This document shows, piece by piece, positions 46,101 through 60,974 of a stretch of DNA of 64,000 nucleotides; within the stretch, counting starts at the first letter, position 1; the number at the start of each line of letters is the position of its first letter. The position numbers and the translations under genes were made by a program. The stretch lies in NCBI RefSeq assembly GCF_009914755.1, contig NC_060927.1, one strand, 5' to 3'. The notes beneath the pieces are model-generated. The model did no database searches and had not been told where the DNA came from. It was given only the letters and a program-made list of their open reading frames with translations. The DNA comes from the human T2T-CHM13v2.0 reference genome, Homo sapiens.

Positions 46101-48054
46101 GGAGGGGGTGGCCAGCCCTGGCGCCTGCTGGGAGGGGACTCCCTTCTGGCCCTTCCTTAAGGATCAGGCTGGACCTGGACCTCCACTCTCAACCCCTCCT
46201 CTCAACGAAGGGGGACCTGCTCTTTCGGGGGAGTGAGCTGGAGGGGGATGGGAGGGGCAGGAGAGGTGGGGGAACCGGTCTTCTGTTGTTCTTGGCTTGG
46301 AGCCCCCAGCCCCAGGGAAATCCTGACTCTGTGGAAAACTGAGCAGGCAGTCAGGCGGAGGAGGAGGAGTGGGAAGAGGAAGAGGAGGAGAAGGGGGAGG
46401 AGGACCAAGGGCTCAGGGTGAGTGGGGGTAGGGGCTCCTCTCATAAATCAATCCCACCAACGTCTCAGGCCTGACAAAAACCAGAGACCCAGGGTCCCTT
46501 GGGGGCCAATGTGGGGGTGGGGCACAGACCATCAGATGGACTTTAGGAGAGGAAAGGCTGATTCGAGGGGCAGCATCCTGCCCAGAGGGTTCTGCCTCCA
46601 GCCCCCCAGAACAACAGGTGTGTGTGTGGTGGGGGAAGGGTCTGAGAATTAGGCCTCACAACTACGGGAGCCCAGCCCTCATGGCTGTGACAGATCATTG
46701 GGGAAGGGGGGGGCCCACTTGTCTACAATTCAGAACACTTTTATTGCCATGGATTGAAGCCTGGTTCAACTCCTGGGGAACCCTGTGACTTCAGACAAGT
46801 TATTTCACCTCTCCGGGCCTTGGTCTCTGTCCCCCAGGGTGCAGGTTGCGGGGGCCGTGAGGTTGAAGTGGATGTTTACAGAGGTCCCACCTCACTTTGG
46901 CTTCCTCTGACACTACACCACAGCCCCTCTCAATGCTTGGCAGAGGAAAGAATATTGTTCTGGAGCTGGTAGGACAACAGTGAGAAGTCTAGGCTCCACC
47001 TTTTAGTAACTGTGGCCATGGGCAGATCATAGAACTTCTCGGATCCTCAGCTTCTGCATCTGTGAAATGGGCAAATATTGGCTCCCTGGCAGCGCTCCTA
47101 TGCCAGTGAGTGAAATGCCAGTATGTAAAGTGCCTGGCCCCGCAGATTCTCAGTGGAAGGCCATTGTTTATTTTGTGTCTGCCTCTTGGGTGTTTACGGC
47201 ATCCAGAGATCCCCTCTTTCCTTTACTGATGCTAATTAAGTGGATGCAGCTCCCAAACTGGTGACATAGGAAACCTTCGCAAGCCACTCCCTCAGTATTT
47301 TCAAGAGTCTTGAGATGCCTGCTTCTCCTGCGCCCACTCATCCTTCCTGCCATGGCTGGTGTCTTCCTGCACCGAGTGTTGCCCCACTTGGCCACTGCCC
47401 CAGGGGACACGTGAGGCCTAGGATGTGCTTTGGCTGGCCATCACCAAGGTCTGCACCATGGAGGAAGGATGCAGCCAGCCGGGGGCCGCCAACAACGAGC
47501 ACTTGAACATGAACTGCCACTGCTGTTCCAACCCCCAAGTCTCACCACCTGCTGTCCTTGCTCCCACAAAGGTCCATCACAGGTCGTTTCCTGTGCCCTC
47601 CCCCTCTAGTCTCCCCTTCCAATGTCTCATTCCTGCCCCCTCACTCCTTCCCCATCCAGGTTCCTGTGGCTGTTGACTGAGCACCCGGCACCCCTTTGTA
47701 CTGCCCTCCTGTCCCTGCTTCAGCCCAGGCCTTACCTGGCTTCAGCCAGATCCCCATTCAGGTACACTGAGATATTTCAACCAGCAGAAGGGGCTGACAC
47801 TTGTGTTATGTTCTGTTCCTCCGAGGGGAGGCTGAAGGGCAGCAGTGTGTTCATTTCCTGGGTAATAATGTTTTCTCACAACTAGATTTTATAACTTTGA
47901 CCAACCCTTCCCCTGCCCTGACCTTCCCCCACTCTCCTGCCCCTCCCATCCCCGAAGGCTCACCTTCTTCTCCAGGCCTCAGGTTCTCTCTTCACAGAAA
48001 TCCCTAGGTGGTGTGTGGTGAGGCATCGAGTCGGGCCACTCCAGGTCCCTACTC

Positions 48055-48350
48055 TTTTTTTTTTTTCCTTTTTTTGTGAGACAGAGTCTCGCTCTGTGGC
48101 CCAGGCTAGATGCAGTGGTGCAATCTTGGCCCACTGCAACCTCTGCCTCCCGGGTTCAAGCAATTTTCCTGCCTCAGCCTTCTGAGTAGCTGGGCACGTG
48201 CCACCATGCCTGGCTAATTTTTGTATTTTCAGTAGAGACGTGGTTTCACCATGTTGGCCAGGCTATATTCCAACTCTTGACCCCAGGTGATCCGCCTGCC
48301 TCGGCCTCCCAAAGTGCTGGGATTACAGATGTGAGCCTCGGTACCCAGCC
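48055..48350 (-). mobile_element. Alu (AluS-type)
   Basis: TSD aggtccctactc / aggtccttactc. Confidence 0.96.
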
Positions 48351-51300
48351 AGGTCCTTACTCTTGAGTTTGAACAAACCCACTGGGCTGGGCCAAACCTG
48401 GGGCACAGGCTGGGGATAATTTGGCTGGGCTGGTCTGATCCCCCTTGAAACCTCTAGCTGGGTTTCACCTCTAGCTGGGTTTCCCAGGAAGTCTTGTCTA
48501 CCTCCAGGATTTCCATGCACTGATGCCGCCCCAGGGATCCATGCCCCAGGATGCAAGGGACAATGGAATCAGAGACCATGCCTGGTGGCTCTTGTGCTGA
48601 CCAGAACTGCCATCGTTGGCAGGTGTGGGCTTTCAATGGTGAGAGGTGTGAGAAGCCCCTGGGGGAGAGTGGGCAGCGCACAGTTCCCCAAACAGAATCT
48701 TTCCAGATTTGTCTTCCCCACTGCATACCAGTCCCTCAAGGATGGAGTCCATACATTATGCGGGGGCGGCCCTTTGGGCCTCTGGGCCTCAAGCTTTCTA
48801 GGTCTCACCTGTTGCCCCAGGGCTCTGAGGAGCCCAGTCAGGCCAGCTGGAAAGGTCCAGAGAGACCATTTCTCTGACAGTGGCATCCCCACTCCTCTCC
48901 CAGGGGCAGAAAGCCCCTCTCCAACCCCCATGACAGATGGCACCCAGACTCTGCTTGGCCACTCCCGGGGATGGGTACTCATGACCTCCCAAGGCAGCCC
49001 CCTCTTGCTGGGGTAGCTGGGATGATTGAAGAGTTCAAAGTGGAGACTCCAACAAGCATTTATTGCTGGTCCCTCTGTGGGAGTGAAGAGGGGGTCAGGG
49101 AGCATAGCTGTGGATGTCTCCATGAGGGAGGGGGTGGGGCAGGGCTGCCTGTTTGGGGTGAGGCCCAGGATCCTGGGGAAAAGGCCCAGGCCTAGGAAGC
49201 CAGGGATGGGATTTGAGTCTCTGCTCTGCCATTAACTCATCGTGTGGCCTTGAGGGAGTCCCTCCTCTCCCTGGGCCTCAGTTTCCACAAGTGTAAACTT
49301 TGGGGGCTGGGCTTGGGGACTTCTCAGGGCCCTGCCCCTGGCAACGGATGCTCTTCCGTGAGTCTATGAATAGCTGGCACAGAGGGATCAGGCCTTGGTC
49401 CACAGGGCTGGGCTGGCTTGAGAGTGCTCAGAGAATGAGCCCTGTGTGGGACAGGACAAGGTTCCCTTTCATTTCAAGAGGTCTTGGCAGCCGCCCAGGG
49501 CCCGCAGGCTCTCCCTCCTGCCAAGGTCAACCTGACCCTGACCTGGGGGGCATCACTGCCTGGGGCGGTTGGGGTCAGGCGCTGGCAACTTGGTTGAGAA
49601 GGAGCCCAGCGCAGACGTTGACTCCCGTCCTCTGGGCTGGGGTCGGGGTCTGAGCAACATCAGCTCTGTGTGCCTTGTGTTTCTGACAGTGACCCAGAGC
49701 TCTTTCCCCCACCCCACTTTGGTGGTCCCTTGGAAAGACCCCCACTGGCCTTGGCATCAGGCACGTCTGGTATGGAATCCAGACCTGCCACTTACAGGCC
49801 AAATGACCTTGGGCAAGTCCTTGCCCCTCCTCATCTGGAAGTCAGTGACCGTAATTTCTACCTTGCATAGTTGCTGGGAAGATAAGGCCCACGAGCAAGC
49901 ATCATGCGCGCAGCACACACTCCACGAAGAGTGGCTGCGATGATCATGACCAGACGCCCAGCTAAGCAGGGAAGGTGACAAGGAACTAGCCGGGACTCGG
50001 CTCTTCCTGCTGCCTCAGCCCTCTGTCTCTTGGTCTGTTTGTCCATCAGGGCATTGGGGGGTTCCAATTCTCAGGCTCTAAAATCTGCACAATTTAAAGT
50101 AGTCAAAACAAACTCCACTCACTCTATTTATGCTGAGAGGGAACAAGCTCCTGGCCGGGCCTAATGGGTTCCAGGTGTGCTCTGTGCCCTGCAGCGGCTG
50201 AACCGGCAGCAGTGGTGGTGGCTGTGACTGTGCCTGGCTGGCTGAGAAGACCCAGCTAGGCCAGTCCTCTCTAGCCCAGCCCTCCAGCCTATGAAAACTG
50301 TAGAGCTGGAGCAGGCCCTACCCAGTATGGTGGGACAGATGTTAGCCTTGTGCTCAGAGGGCCTTGGGTTCAAAATCAGGAGGCGTTGTCCGCACGCCCA
50401 GCAGCACACACGGGGGGCTCCCAGACTCTCCTGCCTTTATCGCAACAGGTTCTGGGGCTGCCCAGACATTTTTCACAGATCTGTAAAACTCCCTTTCACA
50501 AGAGGTCGGCTGTGGAAGTGACCTCCCAGAGAGGCTCGGGAACCAGGTGGGAGCCCAGAGGGCATGAATGAGGTTTCTTTTATTACCATTATATATTAAT
50601 TATCCTGTTATATAATCAGAGTGTCAGCTGTCATTTATTAATGGCCAGCCATGGGCCAGGTACTGTATTTGGTGCTTTCTATCCAGGATTCATTGAATGC
50701 TTACAGCCACACATGGAGATGACAGGCTAATGTCATCTCAAAGAACACAAAGGAACAGGAGGCTCAGGGATACCAGGAGCCTTGCCTGAGGTCACACAGT
50801 CAGGAACTGGCTGGAGTGGGACTTAGGCCCAAGGCTGTTTGATTCCCACGCTAAGGTCTGCTCACCATACTGGGCAGGCCTGTCTCAAGGGCCAGAGAGA
50901 GTGCATGTGTGTCAGTGTGAGGGTGGATGGGAGGATCTGGTTGGAAGCAGAGCAGGGAGTAATTTTTCCTTGAGTGACAATGCCAAATACCCATAAGGTG
51001 AGCGCACGACACCTTCCCCCATTCTAGCTGCACCCCCTCCCAGCACCCAGTCCTCCTAGTCCCAAGCCTGGGCCCTGTTCTGCTACCTGGGTGAACAACC
51101 TCTCCCTCGGCCTCCTTACCACCTCTGGACCAGGCCAGCCCAAACTCTGCCCCAGGAAATGGAGGGGACTGTTGGCATTGAGGCCACCATCAGATCACCC
51201 CACTTTCGCCCATATCAGCTGGGCCCTCCAGGACAGACTGGGCAGTCCACCGTTGGGGGAAGGCTGAAGATCCACTATGGAATCACAGATGGCGTGTGGG

Positions 51301-53069
51301 CACGATTGCAAGTGGGGTGCCTTGGCCCCATTCTTTGGGTAATTATTAGTAATAGTAATGTTTAGCCTCTGTAGTCTCAATAATCATCCCATACACACAG
51401 TGTCCTTACTGATGTAACTTCTCAAAGCACTGGGTACTTTCCTTCACACTGCTTACCAATTTGTTATTAGACACTTACACACATATTTTCTTGGTTAATT
51501 CTGCCCTCTCCCAGGGCTGCAAGCTCGAAAAGGACAGTTGGCTTTCAGCTGTATCCCCAGTGCCTGGCACAGTGTTGACACATAGTACAGGCCCCTGATA
51601 AATTGTGTTGAATGCACTTATGGATAAATGAGTGTAATGGAGTCAGCAGGAAGCTAAGAAGAGGTAGACAGGACTACGAAGCGGGAGGAATATGAGGATG
51701 AAGCTTCAGGAGTCTGTGGATGGAGCCGGGCTGGGAGGGCATATCCAATAGGGACAGGGAGGAGGGACACTGCACTCTTGGTGGCCCCTGGGAAGCCAGG
51801 TATGGTTCTGGCATGAAGGAGCTAAGCTGTAAGGCCCCTTCACCTGCCTGGAGCTGAACCGTGGCCTCCTGCAGGTCAGGAATCAGAGGAAGCCTGTGGA
51901 TGAAGCCCTCTCTTGTATCTCCAGACTTTTGCAACCCAGAAGAGCCACCACCCCAGGAGACTTTTGCAACCCAGAAGAGCACTTTCTCCCCTCCCACCAA
52001 TACTCTCAAGAGGGGATTCTGGAAGGACCTCAGTATTTAGGCCATTTTAGCGAGGAGGCCGTGGAGAAGGGACCTGATTACTCAGGTTGCAGAATGGAAT
52101 GCTCCTCAGCCTGCATCCCCTTTCCCTCCTGTCTCTAGAGTTGTTCAGTGCATGACCCTCTCTCAACCAATCTCTACTCCTTAGCCCAGTGTTCTTGGGA
52201 TGGTGGAAAGGGAAGGCGTTTTGGAGTCAGAAAGATCTGGGTTCAAAACCAGCTCTTCCACTTTCTACCTGAGAGACCCTGGGCACACTTAGCTTCTCTA
52301 AGCCTCAGTTTCCACATCTCTAGAATGGAGAAGATAGTGCCCACTTTGCAGTGTGGCAGCTATCCCAGTGCCCGGCACCACACAGGCACTCACTGATCAC
52401 CTGACCTCTCATTCCTGCTCTCACCAACTGGCTGTGTGACTTTGGGCAGGACTCATTACCTCTCCCTGTCTCAGCTTCCTCATCTCAAAGACAGGGTTGG
52501 ATCCCACAGTCTTGAAGGCCCCTTCTAGCTCTGACTTGCTCGGTTCTATTCTGAGCAGGGAGCCCCACCTCTGGGGAGGGGGAATACGAACATTCTTTCA
52601 GCACAGATTCAACCCAGGCACATGCTTGCCCAGCCCCATCCCTCACATTTAGCCTGTAGCTATTGCCACATGGGCCGCACCCTTGGCACTGCCCTGCTCC
52701 CCCCACCCCCGCCTCACTCGCCAGGGCCACAGGTGGGTGGGTTGTTCTTGTGGAACTGAAGGAGCCTGAGAGGACAGACGAAGAGGGTGGGAGAGAAGAG
52801 GAAAGAGTGGAGGGGCTGCGGGGGTAGCCAGGTGGGAAGGGCGGGGCTTTGAGCCTGGTAGAATGCTAGCTCTGTCACTTTCTAGCGGTGTATGTCCTTG
52901 GGCAAGCGGCTTTAACCTCTTAGAAACCTGTTTCCTCGTTTATGAGCTAATAATAATAACAATTTTTTAAAAACCCATTAGATCGCAGTGAGGATTAAAT
53001 GAAAGAATATCTGTCAAGTGCCTGGCACTGTAGCGTTCTGTTCTGGGGTGGGGGGAGGCAGGCACCTAC

Positions 53070-53930
53070 ACCCTTCCCTCGACCCGGGTAGGGGGAAGTT
53101 CCACGAAGGCCCGTGGGGGCGCCTTGGCCACCTTCCCGCAGGCGAACCCGAGCCAGAGAGGCCCACAGTCCTCGCCGCAGCCGGAGCCACCTCCCGAGGG
53201 CTGTCGGTCTGGGGTCCTTGGCCCGGGAGCCCCAGCCCGCAGAGCAAGGGGAAGGCTGCGGCCCGAGCCGGCCCCCGACCCACCCGCCCCGCCTCGGCCT
53301 CGTACAAGCACCTTTGATCTGCAACCTTCAGGGGGATTAAGAGCCTGAGAGCCCCCCTCCCCGGGGTACCCCGCTCCCCAACGCCCTCCCTCCGGGCTGA
53401 CCTCCCAGTCTGCCGCCCGGGCCGGGGGCCGGCTCCGCCGCCGGTGGTCCCCGCCGCTCCTGGCGGCCGCACCTCCGGGCAGGCCACTTGGATTACAGGG
53501 GCAGCAGCCGCGGCTGGCGGCTTCGGGGAGCCCCGGGGCTGGGGCCCGCGGGCGGGGCGGGAGGGGAGGCTGGGGGCGGCGGGCCCCTCCTGGCCATTTT
53601 GGCCGGGGAATCTGTGTAAAGTGTTTAAAAAGAAAAACTCTCCGGAGGAGGACGTAACCTTTTCTTAACATCTGGGGCTCAATTAGCTAATGACAGCAAA
53701 GCCTTCTCCGGTGTCGCTGACCCCTGGGCGGCAGCCCAGCTCCCCCACCCCCGGTATTTATACAGCTGCGGCCCCTCGCTGGGACGGGGGGCAGGGGGCT
53801 TGACTGGGTTATCTCTGCGGAGATCCGCCGCCCACCCCAAAAAGGAGAAAGAAAAGGCTTAGCACACGGTCCCACCCACCGCCCCTCGATCCTCCTCGTC
53901 GCCCCTCGGTCCTCCTCGTCGCCCCTCACT
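53070..53930. promoter_or_regulatory. Orphan CpG island A
   Basis: Dense CpG; TCF site CCTTTGATC 53311-53319; homeodomain/TALE motifs. Confidence 0.75.
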
Positions 53931-54340
53931 CTTTCCCTCTCTCCAGCTCTTGGCGCTGCCTCTGCTTTCCTGCCCCTGGGCTTCTCTCCTCTCCCTCTCC
54001 CCCATTTTCTACTCTTCCTCCTTTCTGCTCCTCTCCACTTCTCTTTTTTACCTCTCCCTCTCCCCTTTCTCCCGTTTCTTCTTCATCTCTGTTTTGTCTC
54101 TTGTTCCTGCCCAGCTTTCTCACTCCTCCCTCTCTCTCCCCCTGCTCTCCTCCCCTTCTTGCCCACCACCCCCTTGCCTGCCTGTCTCTCTTTTCGCCCC
54201 TCTTTCTCTGTCTTTTCTCTCTCCCTAGCGGCCTCCCCTCTCTTTCTGACTCTCTGAATAGCTCCCTTGTTCCCTCTCTGTGTTCCTGTCTATCCCTCTC
54301 ATTCTAGTGCTTCCTCCCCACCTTTGTCTCTCCCTGTCTC
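53927..54340. repeat. CT-rich polypyrimidine low-complexity tract
   Basis: About 400 nt strongly dominated by C/T on the + strand. Confidence 0.85.
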
Positions 54341-55479
54341 AACCTCTGAATGCCTGTCTGTCCTCCCAGAGGTGTGTCCTACCCTGGCTGCCAGGCAAAT
54401 ACCCCCAGGGGAGCAGACCTATTGCTGGGCCACCTCCGGACCAAGCATCCTTTCCCGCTGAGTTGGGCAGGCCTGTGGCTGGGCACTGCAGGGCTGACTC
54501 CGGATCCTGGGTGTGGGAGGTGTGGGAGAGCTGTGTTTAAGGCTCTCCATGGCTAGAGCCAGAGGAGATCCCCAGGGGCTTCCCTAGAACTCTCCACTCC
54601 AGCTGGTGGAACCTCGCCTTCCCTGGAGGCTCCTTCCCTGCCACTCCACCCATCCCCAACTCCCCCAACACCCCGTGCCTGGTATTTTGAAGCCCGGCAC
54701 AAGTGCAGAGACACACTTTCCTCTTTATCCTCCCTGAGCGCAGTTAGAACAGGCTGGAGTCCCTTAAAAAAATTCACCAATATTAAGAAAAAAGTGATAA
54801 GCTCAGAAACTATAAATAGCACAAAATAGTCATGTCCAAGGGCAGCGCAGAGCAGCAAAGAGCACACAGTTTGGAATGAAAGGAGCTGGATTCAACTACT
54901 AACTCCATGGTTTAAACAGTTCTGCCATCTCCAGGGAGTCATTTGAGCCTCAGTTCCCTCATCTATAAAATGGGCATAATAATCGTTATTAAACAATATT
55001 GAAACATTGTGTTCTTTCATTAAGGCATTTACTTTTTGTTTTCCTGGGGAAAATCTTGGACTCTGATTTTTCCAGGATACAGCTGTGTTCCAAAATTCTA
55101 CCTCCTTCTCCTCCAAATACACTTGAAGCTCTCGCACCATTGCTGACCCCTCTTATCTAAGGGTGAAGGCTTTTCGCAGAAAAACGCAAACATAGGCAAC
55201 ATTTGCAAACAATGGGTTGAGGGGGAAGGCGATCCTAGAGCTCCTGAAACCTTTGGTTGATGCTGGGTGGGACCCTGGGCTCACTGCGGCGGGTGCTTTG
55301 TGAATCCTCACAACAACCAAACGAAAAGGGTCCTGACGTCCTGTTTTACACTTGGGGAAACGGGGAAGCAATTGTCCAAGGACCACAAAGCGGACTAGGA
55401 ACCCAGGGTCTCGCCTCTAGAGCTTTGGGGAAGTGGGGGTTTCTCCCAGCGGGTAAGGGGTAGAAGCAAGGTAGGTGGC

Positions 55480-56150
55480 TTGGAAACGTTCAGTAGTCGG
55501 ACCTGGGCCACGGAGGGCACAGCGGCCACTCTTTCTGAGAGGCAGAGGTCGGTGGGCTCCACCCTCCCACTCCGAGCCGGCCTGACCCTCGGTGCAGGCG
55601 GAAGGGGGGCCGCGGGGAGCGGAGGACGGTGCCGAGGCCTCGCTGCTGCTGCTGCGCCCCCGCCCCGCGTCGCCTCCCAGCCCTGGCTCCCAGTGCTCCG
55701 GGCTTGCTGACGGTACAGGGTGGACAGCCCCGAGACATTTTCATCAGATCTCGTCTCCCGCAGCCCAGCGCTGCTGCCGGGGGTCGGACAGGGCCGATCC
55801 CAGCACCCCTCCCCCGAGCCCTGGCTGGGCGAGAAACCGAGATGGTGGCTGCAGAAACCGGAGCCCCCGCGCCGGGGCGACCGCGAGGGGCCGAGGCCTT
55901 TGAGAGCGCTGCCGCCCCTTGCCAAGGTCAATCAAACCCTCCCACGCTCCGGAGGCGCGCGCTGCGTGCTCTGGGCAGCGGGGATTGGGGCCGGAGGGGC
56001 GCGTCCCGGCGGGGCCGGGCGAGGGTGGGTGGGGGGTCTGGCCTGGGGGGCGCCTCCCGCCCCCTCTTGGGGAAGGTGCTCGGAGACTCCCGGGCCCTGG
56101 GCGGAGAGTGTGGGGAGGCTGGGCTAAAGGCAGAGACCCAGGCCGAGGGC
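55480..56150. promoter_or_regulatory. Orphan CpG island B
   Basis: Dense CpG and GC-rich sequence, no credible ORF. Confidence 0.75.
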
Positions 56151-57068
56151 TCTGACCCACCCAAGAGGAAATAGCTACTAATTAGGGACGGGACGTTTTT
56201 ATGCTAATATGCACCTGGCTGGGCTTTTCTGGAGGCTGAGAAAGTGTGGAGTGGAAGGGAAGAAGTTCCGGAGAGCGGGAAACTTCCGGAAGCACTTGAT
56301 TCCTGGATAAAAGACAACTCTTGCTCTCCTGCTCACCCGCTGTGTGGCCTTGGGGAAGTTACTTAGGGACGTGTAGGAGCTTCAGTTTCCTCCTCTGAAA
56401 AAGAGAGAACACGGTCAAGTTTCTTCCCAAGCTCAGTCACTCTGTCAGCAAAAAGATGGAAAGCCAGCCCTCGGGTGGCTCTTGGAGGATGGAAAGGGGA
56501 CAGAATTGCGGGAGGTGTGCGTCGCGGGACAGAGTCCTAGGAGAGCCGGGTGCACAGTGTCAAGGGCCTGCGACTGTCTTCACTGTTGCCCAGAGGTGGA
56601 GAGTGGGCAGTAGAGGGAGGTCGAACAGAGGTCCTCCGATTGTTGGACGGAGCGTCAGGAGGTGCTCCGCTGTAAAAGAAAATGGGAGGTGGATGGGGAG
56701 TAGTGTAGAGGAGTGGGTATTCTATGGTGGGACCGACTTGAGCTTAATCATAGAGTTGGGGTGGAGGGGAGGGTGGGTTGAAGATGCCAAGGAGAGAAAA
56801 GGGAGATGACTGATTGAGTCAAGTCCTGAAGAAGGCCTAGTGGGTGGGAGCCAGGCAGGGTGCAGGTTGGAAGAAGTAGGAGACAGGTTGGAAGTGGGGA
56901 GGAGGAAGGGGAGAGGAGGAAGTGGTGGAAGAGGAGACGAAGAAAGAAGGGTGAAATTCAGGGTATTTTGAAGGGAGGGAACACCCTCCATTGGCCTTAC
57001 TCAACTCAGCTCAGTATTGGAGGAGGCCTCGGTGTTCTTCACAGACTAAAGAACCAAGAGCAGATTTG

Positions 57069-57460
<392 letters not shown>

Positions 57461-57949
57461 TTACAGGAATTTGAAAGCAAAGTAATAGAAACCTTTGAGC
57501 TCATGGGAAAGGGAAGGCGCTTACTGAGATTGACTTGGGATTCATGGTCTCACTGAATTCTCACCACCCAGTGTGGTCTGTGTTATTTCCATTTTACAGA
57601 TAGAGAAACTGAGGGTCGGAGCAGTAAAGAACCTTGCCCAAGATCATTCAGCTAGTGATAATGAGATGAAAGAATGGTTTGAACCCAGGTCTGTCTGCTC
57701 CCAAAATGAGGCTGCTTCCTGTGGGGTCCTCTGGGCAAGAGTCCTGACCCTGGGGCCTTGGCAGTCCTTCCCTCCCTGGGTGTGGCCATCCTGGGAGCAC
57801 TGACCCGTTTGGCTGGAAGGAAGGGGCTGGGCATTCTCAACTGAGTACAGGCTGCCCTGAGCCAGCTTGAACTTAGCAGGAAGCCCCCAACCCAGCTGAG
57901 AGGAGAGGGGGAAATGGTAGGCTGTGCCACCACCAAGCCAAATGAGATC

Positions 57950-58440
57950 AAACCATATATTTTATTCTGCAACATGCTATTTTTCTCTTAATATTTCCAC
58001 GCTTATATATATAGGCCTATTGTTTTTAAGTTGTGTACTACTCCTTTGCATAAATATTTCATTTCTTATTTATCTATTCCTCTACCACTGAACATTTGTG
58101 TTGTCTCCAGTCTTGGAATTACAGGTAATGCCCACTGAACATCCTTGTGAGAATATCTTTGTAATGACACAAGTGCTTCTAGAGGATAGATTCTTAAAAA
58201 TGACATCAATGGGTTAATGGTATGCTTGTTTTAAATTCTTATAGATAGTACTAGACTTCTCTCCAAAGATGCTCTATCAGTTTCCACTGCCTCCATTAAA
58301 CTATGAGTGTGCCCACCCACTGACACCCTCGCTACTACTGGGTATTCTCTCTGTCTCTTTCTCTCTCCATATAGATAAGTTTGGGGTGGGGGGCAATCTA
58401 CTGAATGAAAAAGAGTTTTTCACTTTTGTTTTCATTTGTA
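57950..58440 (-). mobile_element. Probable old L1M 3' fragment
   Basis: AT-rich; tgaacatttgtgttgtctccag...tgaacatccttgtg resemble L1M antisense phrases. Confidence 0.5.
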
Positions 58441-59007
58441 TTACCCTGAGTCTCTACAGCTCTGCCAAAGGTCCACTAGCTGAAGAAAGCATTGTGAAGA
58501 AGCGAAGAAGAGCCCAAGACAAGTAGCAGCGATTTAGGGCAGCTCTGAGGAGGAACTTACTCTGTAGATAACGGAGGCACCCGAATTCCTTTCTCGGTGC
58601 ACATTCTTATACTCCAAGGAGGATCGCATGACCCCAGTAGCTCGGGGTGACGGCTGGCTACCTAGAGTCTCATGGCAGTCAGCCAGACACTGAGTGATGC
58701 CCACTCCCCATGGGCTGCAGGGACAAGCTAACAGGCTGCATGGGACAGAAGATGGCAGTTTTCAGGGAGGGCAGAGGAATGGGTTCAGCTTTCTGAAAGA
58801 ACCAGGGAAGAAGAGGGTCACCATGGTGGGGCAGGCTGGCCCTGGGTACTAAATGAAAACAGGAAGGTCAGTAGTTTGAGGAGGTGGCAGATGGGAGGGA
58901 ACGGGATGCCAAACTAAGCTTAGCAAAGGTGGGACTGGGCAGTTGTGGCCGCACTTCCCCCGTCCCATAGGCATATCCACCCCAGCCTATTGATGATAAT
59001 AACATGA

Positions 59008-59373
<366 letters not shown>

Positions 59374-60237
59374 TAGATACTGCTTTAAGTGTTTCAATAT
59401 TTTGAGTGACTTTATCCTTTTAACAATTATGTGAGATAACTGTAATTATGATCCCCATTTCATAGATGAGGACATGGAGGCATAGGCTTAAGTTGCTACC
59501 CAAGGTCACACAGCTAGAAAGTGGCCAAGCGGGGATTCAGACCCAGGCCAGGGTCTTGAGAATCCACACTTCTAACCACCTCACATGTGGCTTTTCACAG
59601 CCTTCCTTAGCCAGTAGAATTACCACTGCCATTAATTAAGAGTGGACCAAGAACATTCAATTCTTTGTTTCTAATGCTTACAAGGCTTGAAATAGAAGGT
59701 GCTACCCTAAATTTATAGGTGAGAAAAGTGAGGTTCAGACAGGCTGAGCACCTTGGCTAAGATCACCCACATAAAAAGAAGTTGAGCCAGACTTTGCACT
59801 CAGATCTCTATGAATCAAAAGCCCCTGCCCCTTGCATATCACTACAGGATCTTTTGCAACATGAGAAAGGAAATCACACAATCACAGAACAGTCATCCCC
59901 CCAAAAATACCTCTTTCCTGTAGAGATGAGTGTGTGTCAGGGCAGCCTGGAGGGAGCATCTGTGCACTGTGTGGTGGGGGAAAGTGGGGGCAAGGGGGAA
60001 CAGTGGGCTGTATGCAGTGCTGTGGAGAGACCATCTCCCCTCTATCAGCAGGGCTGACTGGGAAGCAGAGTGGCAGTTTGGGAGGGAAGTCTGGGGAAGC
60101 CATCCCTTTTGTTACTGGAACCTGGAACCTCTCTCCACCCCCATCCGCTCCATATCCACCTCCAGCTTAAGAAAAGCATGAGTTGGTGTCCTGGAAAGAG
60201 CTGTTTTTGAAGACCCCCAAGTCACTCTACAGGCTGA

Positions 60238-60907
<670 letters not shown>

Positions 60908-60974
60908 TAGCAACATGGTGAAAAGGATGTATCAGTCATTCACACCTTCCTGTGAATTAGTTTCTCAGCCAGGA

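Noticed and set aside
53014-56174. Many 100-200 aa ORFs on both strands in the distal CpG islands (also 34822-36003)
   Set aside because: Stop depletion in GC-rich DNA; Arg/Gly/Pro-biased products overlapping in all frames
58445-58950. Possible LTR-derived segment
   Set aside because: Composition shifts, but I could not match a family or identify TG...CA ends and TSDs; needs RepeatMasker/Dfam
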